A DNA stretch of 64,000 bases from Auanema rhodensis (taxonomy: Eukaryota > Animalia > Nematoda), in NCBI GenBank assembly GCA_964057225.1, contig OZ059899.1, positions 12,648,001-12,712,000 on the forward strand. Reading direction: 5' to 3'. This document shows, piece after piece, positions 1 to 12,900 of this stretch. The notes beneath the pieces are model-generated. The model was not told the origin of the DNA, ran no database searches, and saw nothing but the letters and a program-made list of their open reading frames with translations. Position 1 is the stretch's first letter; each line of letters starts with the position of its first letter. Made by a program: the position numbers and the translations under genes.

Positions 1-2218
1 GAGCTATACGTGTCGGGGCCAGAAAAACTGTCCTGTAGATATACATCATAGAAATCAATGTCAGTTTTGTAGATTAAGGAAATGTGTGAAGATGGGCATG
101 CGCAAAGAAGGTACGATGTTGATAACCAAAAACATCTTTGATTATCGTTTTTGAAGCAGTTCAGCGAGGCCGTGTTCCACCAGTGACATTATCTCTACCT
201 TTCACGTCATTTTTTCCTACAACATCGTTGGTCCGACCAACTGTGCCATTTAACAACTTCCTCAACTCTTTCATGCCAAACTTACCGCAGACAGTTGGTG
301 ATTTGGCCAATAAATCAGGTAGATATATGTAACAAAGTTTTTAAAGTGGTTTCGAAGCTTCAGAATCCTTTCTACTAGAATCTATTGCTGAGTTTGGCGC
401 TCAACTTCTTTTTGCTATCATCGATTGGACCAAACAACTTCCTTTCTATGCTGAACTAGCACCAACAGATCAGGTAAGTATATGAATTTCTAATTTCTCA
501 TTGATACTTCATTTGCAGGTTACGTTACTACAGAACAGTTGGAGTCAATTATTCCTCTTATATGTTTCACAATCTTCAATTCCGAATCAAGTTAGAATCA
601 ATACCTATAGCTGTTCTTCTTAGTATCTGTTATAGATTGTGGGAATTCTTGCTTCCGGTCATACGAACACATCTTTCACTGCCAACGAACTTAAAGACAG
701 TGCCAACTCTCTTCAGGTTGTCCAAGTTATTCTGACAATTTTCATTTGATTTTTTTAGGTTCAACTTGAATTAATTCGTAGTTTACAGCTTGATATTGCT
801 GAAATGAATTGTGTAAAAGCTGCAGTCCTGTTCAATCCAGGTATGGTATTTTAAAGAATCAAATACTACTAGTTTCGTACATGTAACTATGTACTTGTCT
901 GAAATAGATAACTTGTTTGCTTGTTCTCCTAACTTTTTTCATGTCACTTTGGGATTAGAGATAGAGTCAGTGGCAGCCAGGGTCGCTATAGGTCTTGGCG
1001 GCTACCGTATACTCCCGAAGTTCGAGCAATAGCAATGCTCAATACGGGACAGAGAACGGAGGGAGGCGAAGGCATCAAGAAGCTGGTGAATAGAACTAAG
1101 TATGAAGTAGCTTGGATTATTTGGTTTAATAGGTGGCAATCTAAAATGATCTTTTATATGACCAGGATATACTTTAAGAATAGGTTATTAAGCTTTTTTC
1201 TAAGTTGTCATATATACGTCCAATCCTTCCTTTTCCCGTTATGTCATTTTTCTGATCGACCTCTTCACTGATTCCTTTTTACTTCTACTGACTTCATCTG
1301 GTCTTTTCGCTCAATCTCTATTTCGTCCAGTCGTTCTTCAAACTGTCATGTCGTCTTGCTCATCTTGTCAACCCCAACCGACGAGAACGCCAAACTAGAA
1401 GCGAAGGGCAGCCGGGGGACCGGAATCTAAAAATCGGAGAAGTCCAAAGACATTATCGCTTTTATACATCTTGACACCATTCTGAATATCTCTCTCTTTT
1501 CTTTATTTCTTTCATTTTCTCTAACTCTCGTCAGTATTCTCACAAGCATTCCTCTGTTTTTGTTTGTTCCGAGACCTCACTCTTCATGTATCTCGGAACA
1601 GGGCTCAGAAAGAGGAATGGGTTCAGATAGAATGAACCGATTAATTTGCCAACGGATTACTACGACGAGCCCCGAACAAATCCAGCGTATTTGACTGAAT
1701 GACATCGATAGGCCATAGTTATGGGCTTTCAGTCATTTTTCGAAAAAACTAAGCGAAAGCATTTTAAAACGTTCTATTTGTAGATACACAATCACTTCGA
1801 GATCAAACAAAGGTTGAGCTTGTACAAGAAAAAATTCAAGCTTCTCTTGATGATTACTGTCGAATGCATAAATCTCATCAGGTAACCACTACAAACTAGT
1901 GTTATTTCAAACTCACCTGTTCCATTTCAGCCTGGTCGTTTCGGACGAATACTGTTACGTCTGCCAGCATTACAGCTGGTAAATACTTCAGCTGTGGAAA
2001 AAATATTCTTTTCGAAACTTTCTGGCTCAATATCAATTTCAGCCCTACTCAAAGCTCTCCTACTTCAGCAGATCCAGCCGAGTTCTATATTCTCCAATCA
2101 GACTTCATCAACTACTTCAACAGCTGCCTTTCTTCCATTTTTACCTCAATGGCCGTTTCCTATCATGCCTACCACTAGCCCACTATTTTTTTCTTCTTCC
2201 GCCCCTAGCTGCTCCTGA
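1..2218 (+). CDS. unc-55: COUP-TF/seven-up (NR2F) nuclear hormone receptor, 5'-truncated by the window edge
   Basis: Spliced exons <1-110, 157-318, 364-473, 519-590, 636-716, 759-840, 1784-1881, 1931-2218 stay in frame. They give the second C4 zinc finger [44 protein letters not shown] (NR2F T-box) and LBD motifs [44 protein letters not shown]. Confidence 0.9.
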
Positions 2219-2356
2219 AAAAAACAACAACAAAGATGAAAAATTTCTTTCAAAGCTTTTTGTTTAAACTAGTCTCTTCTACCATTCTTTATAACCGGTG
2301 TTACCACATTTATAATTAAATTTCCATTTTAGTTCCTCATATATTGTTTAAAACCT

Positions 2357-2800
2357 TACAAATGTACAGAGAATTCAGAAAAATCTAATGAACACTTTGA
2401 TTCCTCACTTCTTATTAGTGATTCTTCTATTTTAAGCATGTCTTTACTTAGGAAGCTTACCGCCACAAGCCACCCTAAGGATTATGCAAATTGTTCGAAC
2501 AACGAAACCAATTGCCGAGTTGGCCACCAGCTGTTCATTCTTATTCCTAAATTCTCATCGTTTTCTTGCGACCGAACGCTGAAATTATGTATATGATATG
2601 GCTCTCATCCAGAAAAGTTTTAGAGGACATAAAGTTCTTACTCACATTATTACATTATTCGTTATAAGATCATCTTCTCGCCCTTTCTTCATCTTCTCAA
2701 GGGACTCATACGGCATTTGCACCCAGACAATGCCTGATAATGGCTTTTCATCAAACCAGGCATGTCATTACAGTATAATAACGATCATCTCGGGATCACA
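2357..2800 (-). pseudogene. Spliced gene remnant with in-frame stops, product unknown
   Basis: Minus-strand exon-like blocks bounded by TTTAAG/TTTCAG acceptors and GTGAGT/GTAAGC donors. They read CDPEMIVIIL**HAWFDEKPLSGIVWVQMPYESLEKMKKGREDDL..., and no join restores an intact frame. Confidence 0.3.
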
Positions 2801-3048
2801 CTTAAAACTGGCATGACCGAGAATTTTGATATAATTTCATAATAAAACGCAAACACAAACCACATCAGTTTTGTAATCAAACAAAAAAGTCAAATAAAAT
2901 CTTCAATGAATACAATATGGGTAACAACAAGTTAAGGCCACTAATTAAAATGTTATGAAATTAATATAGAAAAAAGTATGAAATATTATAACAATGCAAG
3001 GATTTAAATCCACAACTGTATACAAATTTATGAATAAAAATCTGATAT

Positions 3049-5252
3049 CTATGTCTCCAGTAAATCAAGGAGCGACTTAGAAATGGTAATTGGAACAACG
3101 TTGTGTACACTATAAGTCCTCCATAATATATTTTCAGCTCCTTCATGTTGAGCCTTAAAAAGATATTTATTCAAACTATTTGGTATTTTATGGTATTTAT
3201 TGTTAAAACATACAAGGTTGATTTCAGCTAACATATCTGTCATCAAGGATCTGGTGGATTTTGGCCGAATGAAGCTGCGACGCTCGAGTCTCCTTTCGTA
3301 GAGAAACAGGCTGAAGCTCAGGGGTGATGCCTAAAAAGTTTTCTAAGTAAAGTTGTATGTATGTACTTTACATTAACGTCAGTTAAGACATGTGCAAGAA
3401 TAACAGCGGCATGTGCTACTCTTGGTCCACCCCAATCCCTATAACACGATCGCAGCAAGCACAACTCCAGAATGTACTTAAATAAAATAAAATGAAAAAG
3501 AATAATCAAAAAAACTTACATTTGTCAGTAAAACTCTAGCTTGTGAAGACTTAAGAACGGAATGAAAAAAATTTGCAAATATGAAAGGATTAGGATAATT
3601 TATTTTGAAATTCAATTCGAAAAGAATCTGAAAATCATATCATAAACAAAGAAAAGTAAAACCAAAAATTACCCTCTTTTCACATCTACCCAGCATAGCA
3701 GCAGTAGAAGCGGTTAAACCAGCCCGGATTATGGATGAGAATGACAAGGGATTGTATTCTTCGAATTTGCTGAAATGATATTTATAAGAAATTTTTAATG
3801 ATATATTTACCTTGCTAACACTAAAATAACAGCAGCAATATCTTGCGCAGCATGACGTTGAAGAAAAAAAACATCAAGACATTTATCTAACAAATAACAA
3901 GCCAGATGTAGAGTTTCCTTAATGGTACATATTCACAATGTTGCAAAAAGCAAAAAAGTACCTTCGTAAGATTTAAGACGTTCTGCGCTTTTATAAAAGA
4001 CATAATAAGCTTCGTCCTGCATTCCTCATTTATATCTTTCTGAGCAGACATAAAATCCGTACCGAGCGGATCATTACTTTCGCTATTGTATAAAACTTGA
4101 TAAATCTAATAGAATAAACAATTAAAATTTTAAAAATATGACAAACTCACATCATCTGCGTATTCAGCAGCACAAACAATACTGTTTTTGTATGAAAAAA
4201 TAATATCAGCTTCTTCAAAAGAAGTTGTGGCTTGTGTTGACGGATAGTTATCACTCTTTGAAAGAGAGTTCGGATAAATTGATGATATTTCTGAAGTTGC
4301 TTCAGAATCTACAAATAATAACATTAAACATTCAATCGCACATGGTAGTTACCAAATGTCTGCTCATAGCTAGTTTCAACTTCCTCAAATCTGGCCCGTT
4401 TATGAAACACCTCTGATGAAGAAGTCAATGCACTGCAACAATCCTGAAACATAAGAATGAAATAATAAATATTATTTTTTTGTTACATCATAATATGCAC
4501 TGGATGCATCCTCGTCACCTTCAGATTTTTGTACCTCAAATATATCTACAGAGTTTTCTAAATTATAGTTATTTTCAACAAGTGTAGTCATACAATATCA
4601 TACTGTACGAATCTCTGAAAGCTGCCGGAATAGGAGCAACATAATTCAGATCAGACGCTGTACTTGCACATTCGGGTGATGAAGGCCAGAAAGGAGCGAA
4701 TTCTTCTGCAGAACAATTAAAATTAATTAAATAAATAAAATGAATAAAACCTGAATTATAAAGATTTTTAGAGTCATTATAACCGCTAGTGTTAGAACTC
4801 GTTTCAGTGAAGACACTAGTATTTTGGTGATAATATGATTCGAGATAAAAATCGTCCTGACATTGCGTTGGTATCTGAAAAATAAACTTATATTAGGATT
4901 TGGGTGGCACGCACACCTTAGGTATATCAAAATTATGAAAAGGACTTTCTGGAACTGAACAATAACGAGAAGAAGAAGAAGAAGAAATAGCGCCTTCACT
5001 GTAACCGCTAGTACTACATGGACTACGAGAAATATACATTTTGTCAGACGAAACATCTGAAATTAAGAAAAAAAAAATGTTTCAATAGAAAAAATACTTA
5101 CGATAGAGTTCATTTTGAATGTGTCTCACAGCAGTTTCAGTCTCATTATTATTATAGGAAATATAATTTGTAGTTATAAGTTTATCAGAGAAACTGTCCT
5201 TGTAGGCAGATGGGATATCTGGAAATGTGTGTCCCCCATAATAACCTGCCAT
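3049..5252 (-). CDS. Divergent A/B-type cyclin with a long Ser/Tyr-rich N-terminus
   Basis: 14 hand-spliced exons in frame from an ATG at 5252 (directly after TTTTCAG) to a TAG at 3049. Cyclin-box motifs: EYADDIYQVL, ETLHLACYLLDKCL, LVLASKFEEYNP, CEREILFELNFKINYPNPFIF, YILELCLL. Confidence 0.85.
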
Positions 5253-5726
5253 CTGAAAATTAAAAAATAAACAAATAACAAAGATATAAAAATACTTTAA
5301 ATATAATAATAGAACGAAGAGAGCAGTACAATTTCACCTCCACATATAGACCTAAAACAATACGACCGGCAAACGCTTTAGTGATATGTAAATGAAATTC
5401 CTATTTTTCCCTACGACATATCACTTTAACAGTTGTAAACAACTTCTTAGTTACCATTTTGAAATATCTCTCGTATAATCTTACTAGTATATTATTTGAT
5501 ATATTTTCTTAATATTTTTTTATTTCAAAATTTATTTATCTTTTATGAGATATACTATAATAGTGGCCTAAAATTCAGTTAGGGTGGGAAACGCGCACAG
5601 CTCATGAGACTTAACAGGGAGATAGATTAGGAATTCGATATTAATTTTTCTTGAATTGTTGCACTTTTGTTTATATACATGCGGTTTCATAATGAATCAC
5701 AATAGTCGTAACTCTTTCATCTTTTA

Positions 5727-6186
5727 TTATTCACACAAGTTGTTTGGGGTTTCTTCAGATTCTTTCATCTGGGAAGTGCTACGAGTTTCTGGTTTAATGC
5801 CAGTCTGTGAAGTTGGAGCTATGGCAGATTCTACTGTTAAAGGAATTCTTAAAATAAATTTTAATTAATATTTCAATTGCGGCGAACCTTTCTTCAGACA
5901 CCACTTGAACTGCTGTATTTTTCTTATGTTGGCTCATTGATGGCGTAGGCGTTGTACAGATGTTCTGTGAACCAGGAATATGCTTTTCTTAAAAAATTGT
6001 TTCTAGTTTCTCTCTTCTTTTTTTGCCGTCTTTACCTCTAAATTTTTTCTTCTTTGTTTTAGTTCCTTTGCCTGTACACATTAATATTCCATTAAATAAT
6101 ACAACAATCTTAAAAAAACTGCATTATCTGCATTTACACATTTTTAAGCTGCTCACAAGAAATATTGAAATTCCAACACCGACCAT
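5727..6186 (-). CDS. Small orphan protein: N-terminal hydrophobic anchor, then Cys and a Lys-rich segment
   Basis: TTTCAG acceptor then ATG at 6186. Four exons splice to MVGVGISIFLIVVLFNGILMCTGKGTKTKKKKFR...EETPNNLCE*. No recognisable domain. Confidence 0.55.
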
Positions 6187-6291
6187 CCGCTGAAATTTGA
6201 AATTTAAAAATGATTTTGATTTTTTTGTAACTTTGTTTCTTAAAAAGGCAAAAAGTCTTTTTTTTTGTCACTTGTCACTTATTTTTTATAG

Positions 6292-6902
6292 GCTAGTACG
6301 AAATTGAAAGAACCCAGGAAAAACCTATAATTTGCTATAGCAAAGAAACTCATTAAAGAAAGCACTGTGCTTCCGATGCAGGTGCTAAGACTACTACGAA
6401 CGAAACGGACTACAAAATAATTACTATATTCCAGTCAATTAGATTTTGTGACATGTCAACAGGTGGAAATAATACCTTGTTGTTTCTTTACCAATATTTT
6501 AGTTTTTAATTTTTTTGCAGAAATTTCGAGATGATGGAAAAACGGCTCATGAAATTTCTCCAATTAGGATCAGATGAAGGAACAATGAAGTCACAGATGG
6601 CATAAGGAGTTAGTACACAATCTAAGGCTTTATCGCTTTTCTTTTTCTCAAGTGTTTGTTAGTTGCATTTTCAGATAAAAGGCTAATGAATAGACAGATT
6701 TATGATGTTCTTCTTAAAGAGAGCTATCGGATATATAAGACAATTGATTCCGAGGTCAAAAACTACATGTTCCTTACAAGAGCCTTCGTCGGTGTTTTAT
6801 TTTTTTTCGAATTGTCTGTACGTGTTAGTTATGTCACTAGTCTTTCGTTTATTATTCTTAGGATCCTAACAGTCAGCTGATCCACATGACCTGTCTCATC
6901 TA
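6292..6902 (+). pseudogene. Possible decayed multi-exon gene remnant
   Basis: Exon-sized blocks between AG and GT sites (6292-6381 ASTKLKEPRKNL*FAIAKKLIKESTVLPMQ; 6675-6754 DKRLMNRQIYDVLLKESYRIYKTIDSE) with internal stops. Confidence 0.25.
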
Positions 6903-7059
6903 GCAAGCGGTCCCTTATATTCCTTTTGTGTTTCAATAAGACAGTCTTCAATCTATTCATGACACCACGGATCAACGTTTTCGGTAAGTCTGTAAAAGAT
7001 GTATTTGTCTAAAAGCTTTTATCTTAAAAGATACATGTATAATTAAAGTCTATTGTCGG

Positions 7060-9950
7060 GTTCTTACCCGTCTTAAAAACTAAAGAGAGGCTTTGTAACC
7101 TTTCTTGAACATTAAGTCGTGGACTTAAGAGGATTAGGACTATGTAACCTATCTTCTTCTTTATTTTTTTTTGAAAAATTAACCTGTAGATTTTCTCTGA
7201 TATACTATCTTTAGTTGATCAAAACGGTTTACGTTAACGTTTCACAGTTTCGCCAGCCTACTTCTAACATTCAAGGAGTGTGAGTGAGATCTGATAATTA
7301 AATCTCTATATTGAGAATCCCTCGTTGTGAATTTCGTTTATAGTAATGACATAGCTGAGCTATGTTCGTTTGATTTCTTTAGGATTTCCGGCCCCAGATT
7401 CGGCGGCATGTTTCTTTAAGCCCTTCGTTCAAACTCATCTATTGTGTCACCTGCTATTATATAACTTGTGAAGAGAATACCTTTAATATAACGAAAAGGT
7501 TTACCTCCCACAGATATTTTTTCATTAACGCTGTCATTAAGCTATGCGTTGCTATCTTCTAATGTAGCCGGCCAGGTTTTGTTTCAACCATAGTCTAAGA
7601 GATGCGTCAGTCATGTTAAATCCATTTAGACTATTCATATCTTGCCTGACGTTAGCGTCTTTTGTCCAATTTAAAGAAAGTCTTCAGGCATACTAATATA
7701 TGAAATGAGCTGCAAATGTGATTTGTGAGTTAGCCAATTCCATATTTTGTAGTCTATTTACACCCTCTTAGGATGTATATGAGCAAGGTCTAGAGGCATG
7801 TGTAATCTAATAAATGGAATCAAATAGAGTGTATCTCCGTTTTTAGAAAGGTTCATCCGTATAAATAGATGGAAAGTAAGGCCAATATGTCTGTTTTGCA
7901 TCCTTAATGAATCAGTAGATTATCTCAGTTATTAAAATCGTGATAGGAGCTCGAGAGGTCTGATTGAATGACGATTACCCAAGCGCTTGCCGTCCTCCCC
8001 AAAGGCTTAATCTATTTTCATCTTTCCAATACTCATCCTCAACATCTCCTCGTTGCCTTTCATCATATACTCTCATAGTTTATTGAAGGTAAAGCTTTGT
8101 TTATCACAAGATAAGAGGCTCTAGATTTTTTTTCGTTAAAGTCGTATGTTGACTTTCGAAATCTGATCCAATGACCTTGGATCATTCAAGTGCCCTCAAG
8201 AATTTCAGGTAAGCTGTGCCGATCATCAAAGGTTGATGGATGGCCGTTTATGATTTTGATTATTGTTTGTTGAAGGTTGCTACTGTATAAGTTTACGGAG
8301 AGCATTCAAGCTGATGACTACTGTACTCGGATGCATTCTTTGTGTGTATTCTCAATGATTTTTTACAGCATTCATGTGTTTACCATGATTAGAATTCATA
8401 TATTTAGCCTGTTTTCCATTTTTGTTGTTTCTTAGATTGCAAGAGGTTTGAGGTATGAGGATGTCCAAAGACGAAGCAGGTGTTGTATTCTTTTGGGATT
8501 GGTCGAGTACAAACCAAAAACAAAACCTTCTTGACCCTCTAAATCTTGTCCTAGTCGATTGTCTGTTAACTAGTGAATTTCTAACTATTATATTCTGAAA
8601 TAATTCTAAATAGCTTCTTATTCAGCTTTATTTAAACTTTTAGTATTATTACTTTCTCTGACAAAAAAAAGATTGATGTTACAGTTTTGATTATATTGAA
8701 AAGCAGATGTGAATATATTGTCTTTTTTTGTAAAATTTGGATAACCCATCTCTTTAAAGACTCTTCTCAGTGTCCAGATGTCTGTTATACCATCTGAATC
8801 AAAAAAGTTCATTAAAACCATCCTGCGATCCATTGCTGGACAATGTCCTCTGTTATTTAGCCATTATATTTTTATTTGTAAATTCATTTCTATAACTTCT
8901 ATCGCATCTAACACTCCTGTATAGTATATACGCTCCAAAAAAGTAAACTTTTCTAGATCTGAGAGCTATTGGTTGTTAAGTTACCCACATCCACTCTTTG
9001 TATCCCATATATGAGAAGATGTTGCTGTGATTTATGTGCCAATATATGCAGCAAGCTATTATAGTTTGTGATAAATAGCTATCGGAACTCTCTCTACATC
9101 TTTGAAGTTTGTAGTATTTTTGTAGTGAATCATCTCTATCTAATAAAATGATGTATAGCTGTCCTTCTCTGCTCGTTTATTCCTATCTCAATTATTTTTT
9201 TGTTCTTTAACATTACGATTATTTTTCCCCCAATCCTCAATTTTCTTCCGGTTGTTGTGTGTTTATTTGTATATATAGTTGAATCAGTCTTAGTTATGCC
9301 CATTTCTTCTTTCAATATTTTAATATTGCTGATAGGTTTCTGAATGTTTTTTGATGAGAAAACATCTGCTTTAAAGCATTTGGCTATCTGCATCCGGATC
9401 ACTTCCTGTTATCTTGTACCTCTCTTTGTATGAACTTCAGCTCAAGTATTCGTCAGATTGAAAGTGGCATCATGCCTAAGGGATGCATTGTACAAGCTAA
9501 TTTGTCGAAAAATTACATTTTCCGCTTGAGAATATTCTGAATAAACTTTAGTAATGGAGTATTCGTTCAATGCTTTTCTTGGCTCTAGTGCTTTTTTCGA
9601 TGAAACGTTTAGAGGAATTTCAAAATTTCATGCTATCTAAAAAACATGAGGAATGTTCTTTCTTTTTTTCCATTGTGCAAGATTTTTAAAACGGATAAAG
9701 ATAAATTCTGTCTAGTTGCTTGGGCTTTTGACATGAACTTATTTATCCGACTAAGAAGTGAAACTCAGCTTTTAACTAACTAATCCAGAATAAACTAAAG
9801 GTGGCATCGGCAAATTTTTGTCTTTCTTGTGAACTATAGTATTGCCCATTGTCTTGAAAGCAGCTTTCCTCTGACAGCCCAATGCCCTTCTTTCTTTTAT
9901 ATTTTCATTGTCTTTTGTTTTAAATGCTTGAGGCCACAGCAACACTACAA
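7060..9950 (-). mobile_element. Decayed intronless ORF; candidate endogenous viral element (bunyavirus-like L protein C-terminal region) or transposon relic
   Basis: Long protein-like minus-strand frames broken by isolated stops and frameshifts, with no intron pattern. One ~105-codon stretch has a single stop (LSDLEKFTFLERIYYTGVLDAIEV...WLNNRGHCPAMDRRMVLMNFFDSDG...). The viral assignment rests only on remembered motif resemblance. Confidence 0.35.
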
Positions 9951-12900
9951 ATATTTTAAAAGAAATAGTAGAAACCTAATTACTTGTAGCAAGTTGCAAA
10001 TTCTTTCATTTTGTTTGTTTTGTAAAAGTCTTGAAATAGCATGTTTGAAAGAAATTCCATCCGTAGAAATGTGAAAAACGATTATGTATACCTGCTGAGA
10101 AAATTTAAAGTACTATATAAGAACAACCACCTTGTACGCTTCGCTTCTCATCCAATGTACTGTTGCTCTCAGTGTTCCGAACTTCACGCCCGTGACGTGA
10201 TTGGCTCGGCTATACAATATGTTGATTTTCTCTACTTGTTCAATTCAGTATTCTAAAGAATTAGCATAAACAGGTCAATGCTTTAACACATCCATATGGC
10301 TCATGAATGACATGAGTCTATCATGATGACATCTAATCGTCTACATCCTGATTTTCATTAACTATTGTTGAGTATATTGGAAAAAAATTGTTTCATTCGC
10401 AGTGTTCATTAAAGGCTTATTTCAAAAATTTCGATAGAGAACTTGATTGTCTGCGAAATATCTAACGCCACCACCCATCTATGTGCTACTTAGTGCTCTT
10501 CAGTTGCCGTCTGACTCTCTTTAGACCTTCTTAAGGATTTGAGCTTTCCTTTTCAGAAACATCCGCAGTTCCGCCCTATTCGAGATCATCACTGAATGAG
10601 TACGCGGGTGAGAGAAGAAGATAGATAGAGGAAAGCAAAAGATTGGTGATGTCCTCAGATATGTTGAATCTGGACTTTTTGCCAACAACCTACTAGTCAG
10701 TTAGCATTGATAATCCACACTCCATCATTGTAACGCTCTATACAGAGTGAATGAATGGGCAGATGGATATGAGGATCGAAGAGATGACACTAGCTGTCAA
10801 CTCTAATTTTGATTGCAATCCTACTCTATCTAGCGAACATTCATACATATTCTCTATTTTTTGTCATCAAAAATATATTTTGAGGCTACCACAATACCAA
10901 TCCCTCTACAAAATACCCTAGTTAACTGAACTATGTACTTTATTACTATTTTACTGATAATATTTTTTTTTTGATGGCATTACATAATTTTTTTTCTTCG
11001 AAATTGTTGCCACAGACAGCCTTTCGTGACCGATAGGGAAATGATAGATTTCAGAAGAAAAAAAACTGCATTCTCTCTCTTGTTTCATTCATCCAGTTTT
11101 GGTTCGCAATATTAAGATTTTATTGTTTTTTTCCCTGATGTTTGTGGTCAACAATTCGTTCTTCAAGTTTTTGCCTCATTTATTTTTCATTAGAACTTTT
11201 TCTCAGCCCTCTCTCTTTATCGTTTGCCATTTTTTTTTGTCATTTGTGTTCGAAATTTTTTTTCTGTGTGAAGCGTGTCCTGAAGCCTCTTACTAGTTAT
11301 GTTGTGGCCTCTATATACATAGATATCTAAAGGCTTCTTAATTCATAATATGGTGTTATCTGGTAAGCTGACTAGATTTGTTGAGATAATCGAATATGTG
11401 GCTATCACATTATTACTATCTCCCACATCTGACCATTGCCTATGCTCATGCATTCATCTACTGCTTTATCAGTTGACGCAGGTGATAACCTCAAAATATT
11501 AGGTTTCAACATAATTATATGCTTGGAACTCCAGCTTTAAAGATTACAAATCCGCTCAAAGCTGTTGTTAGCAGTTCAATCTTTTAGCTTTTATGAATAT
11601 TGAAAAGCACAATGTGCTTGAAAAAGACGCATGGCCGCAAGCTCAAGCCGATGCAATGTCTGATGATCGGACATGACGCTTCATCTCGGTGCACGAGTAA
11701 TCCCATCTAATGGTCATGTCACTATGGCCGGGCTTTTGCCTTTTATGGTATATTACACATGGTTCTTGCTAATTTGTCTCTTTTGCCATCTTTCTAGCCA
11801 GTTGGTCTCTCTTAATCATTGGGATTACCTCTGTCTTTTCAATGGCTCACTCCTCTCCGTTTCACGTTCTCTTTGTATGTCTATTTAAGACCATCACCCA
11901 GCCATCTTTTCTTCGTCTTCGTTAACTTTTGGTCAATTTTGTTTGTTTGCCTTTCCATCACAAAGTCTTACTACACTTTATGCAACAATCCTGAGCGACC
12001 TTTTTTAAGATGGAAGGCATTACCCTAAATCCACTTAAATGATCTTTTTTTTTCTTTTTTGCCCACTTTTTTTCAATCTAAAATATATAGAAAGTGCTTC
12101 TTCAAGAATTCAGTTACGAGCCGGGCAATTCTTTATCATTAGCTTCCTTATATTTTGTATTTATTTTAATTCTTTTTCATTGTATAGTTGTTGACGAAAT
12201 ATTACGTTCCCACTAATTATTACTTCGGTAATTTGAAGTCAATGACTTTTCTTTTTTCCTTTCTATTAGTTATGAATTCGCGTAATGAACTTCATGACCA
12301 TTATTTTCAAAATTATGTGAGAGAAAGAGAGAAATATCTCCAACTACTTGTTCGTTATAGTACTTGGTCACTCGTTTCAAATCTTTGTCTCTGCTCTGAA
12401 TATACGTATTTAAACTTTGAGGAACAATCATATGGCATATGAATGTTATGTTGTTGGATAGGTCAAAGCTATATTTCTTTCTGATCTCATCTGGCTCTTA
12501 CTCTGCTTGTTGTAGCCACATCCACATAGTTGTTATAGTCTGTGATTCCAAACTCATTATATAAAGAAATCTGTTTTGATTTCTTTCTCTCTTCCATTGC
12601 CTCACTCTCTTCTATGGCCTACCCCTTATTTTGTCTTTGTCGTCTATTCTTCTTGTCTTTATTCACTCAAATACACGAGCAACTCTCTTATTAACGATCA
12701 ATTAGTATAAATGAGACTCATTGCTCATCCTAAACTCATTGAACATGCTTTCTTAGTTGTCACTAAACATCCGATTTACTTACGGATTTTCCGTCCCAAC
12801 ATACGCAACAGTTCGTTTCGCTTATGTTCAGCATACTTTTCAATTCTCATTTATCTGTTGAGCCAATTATTTTACTCGAAATGTTTCTTTTATTCATTCT

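Noticed and set aside
2936-5569. Inverted AGGCCACTA/TAGTGGCCT flanking the cyclin, suggesting a transposon-captured gene
   Set aside because: Only 9 bp match, with no extension or target-site duplication; compatible with chance.
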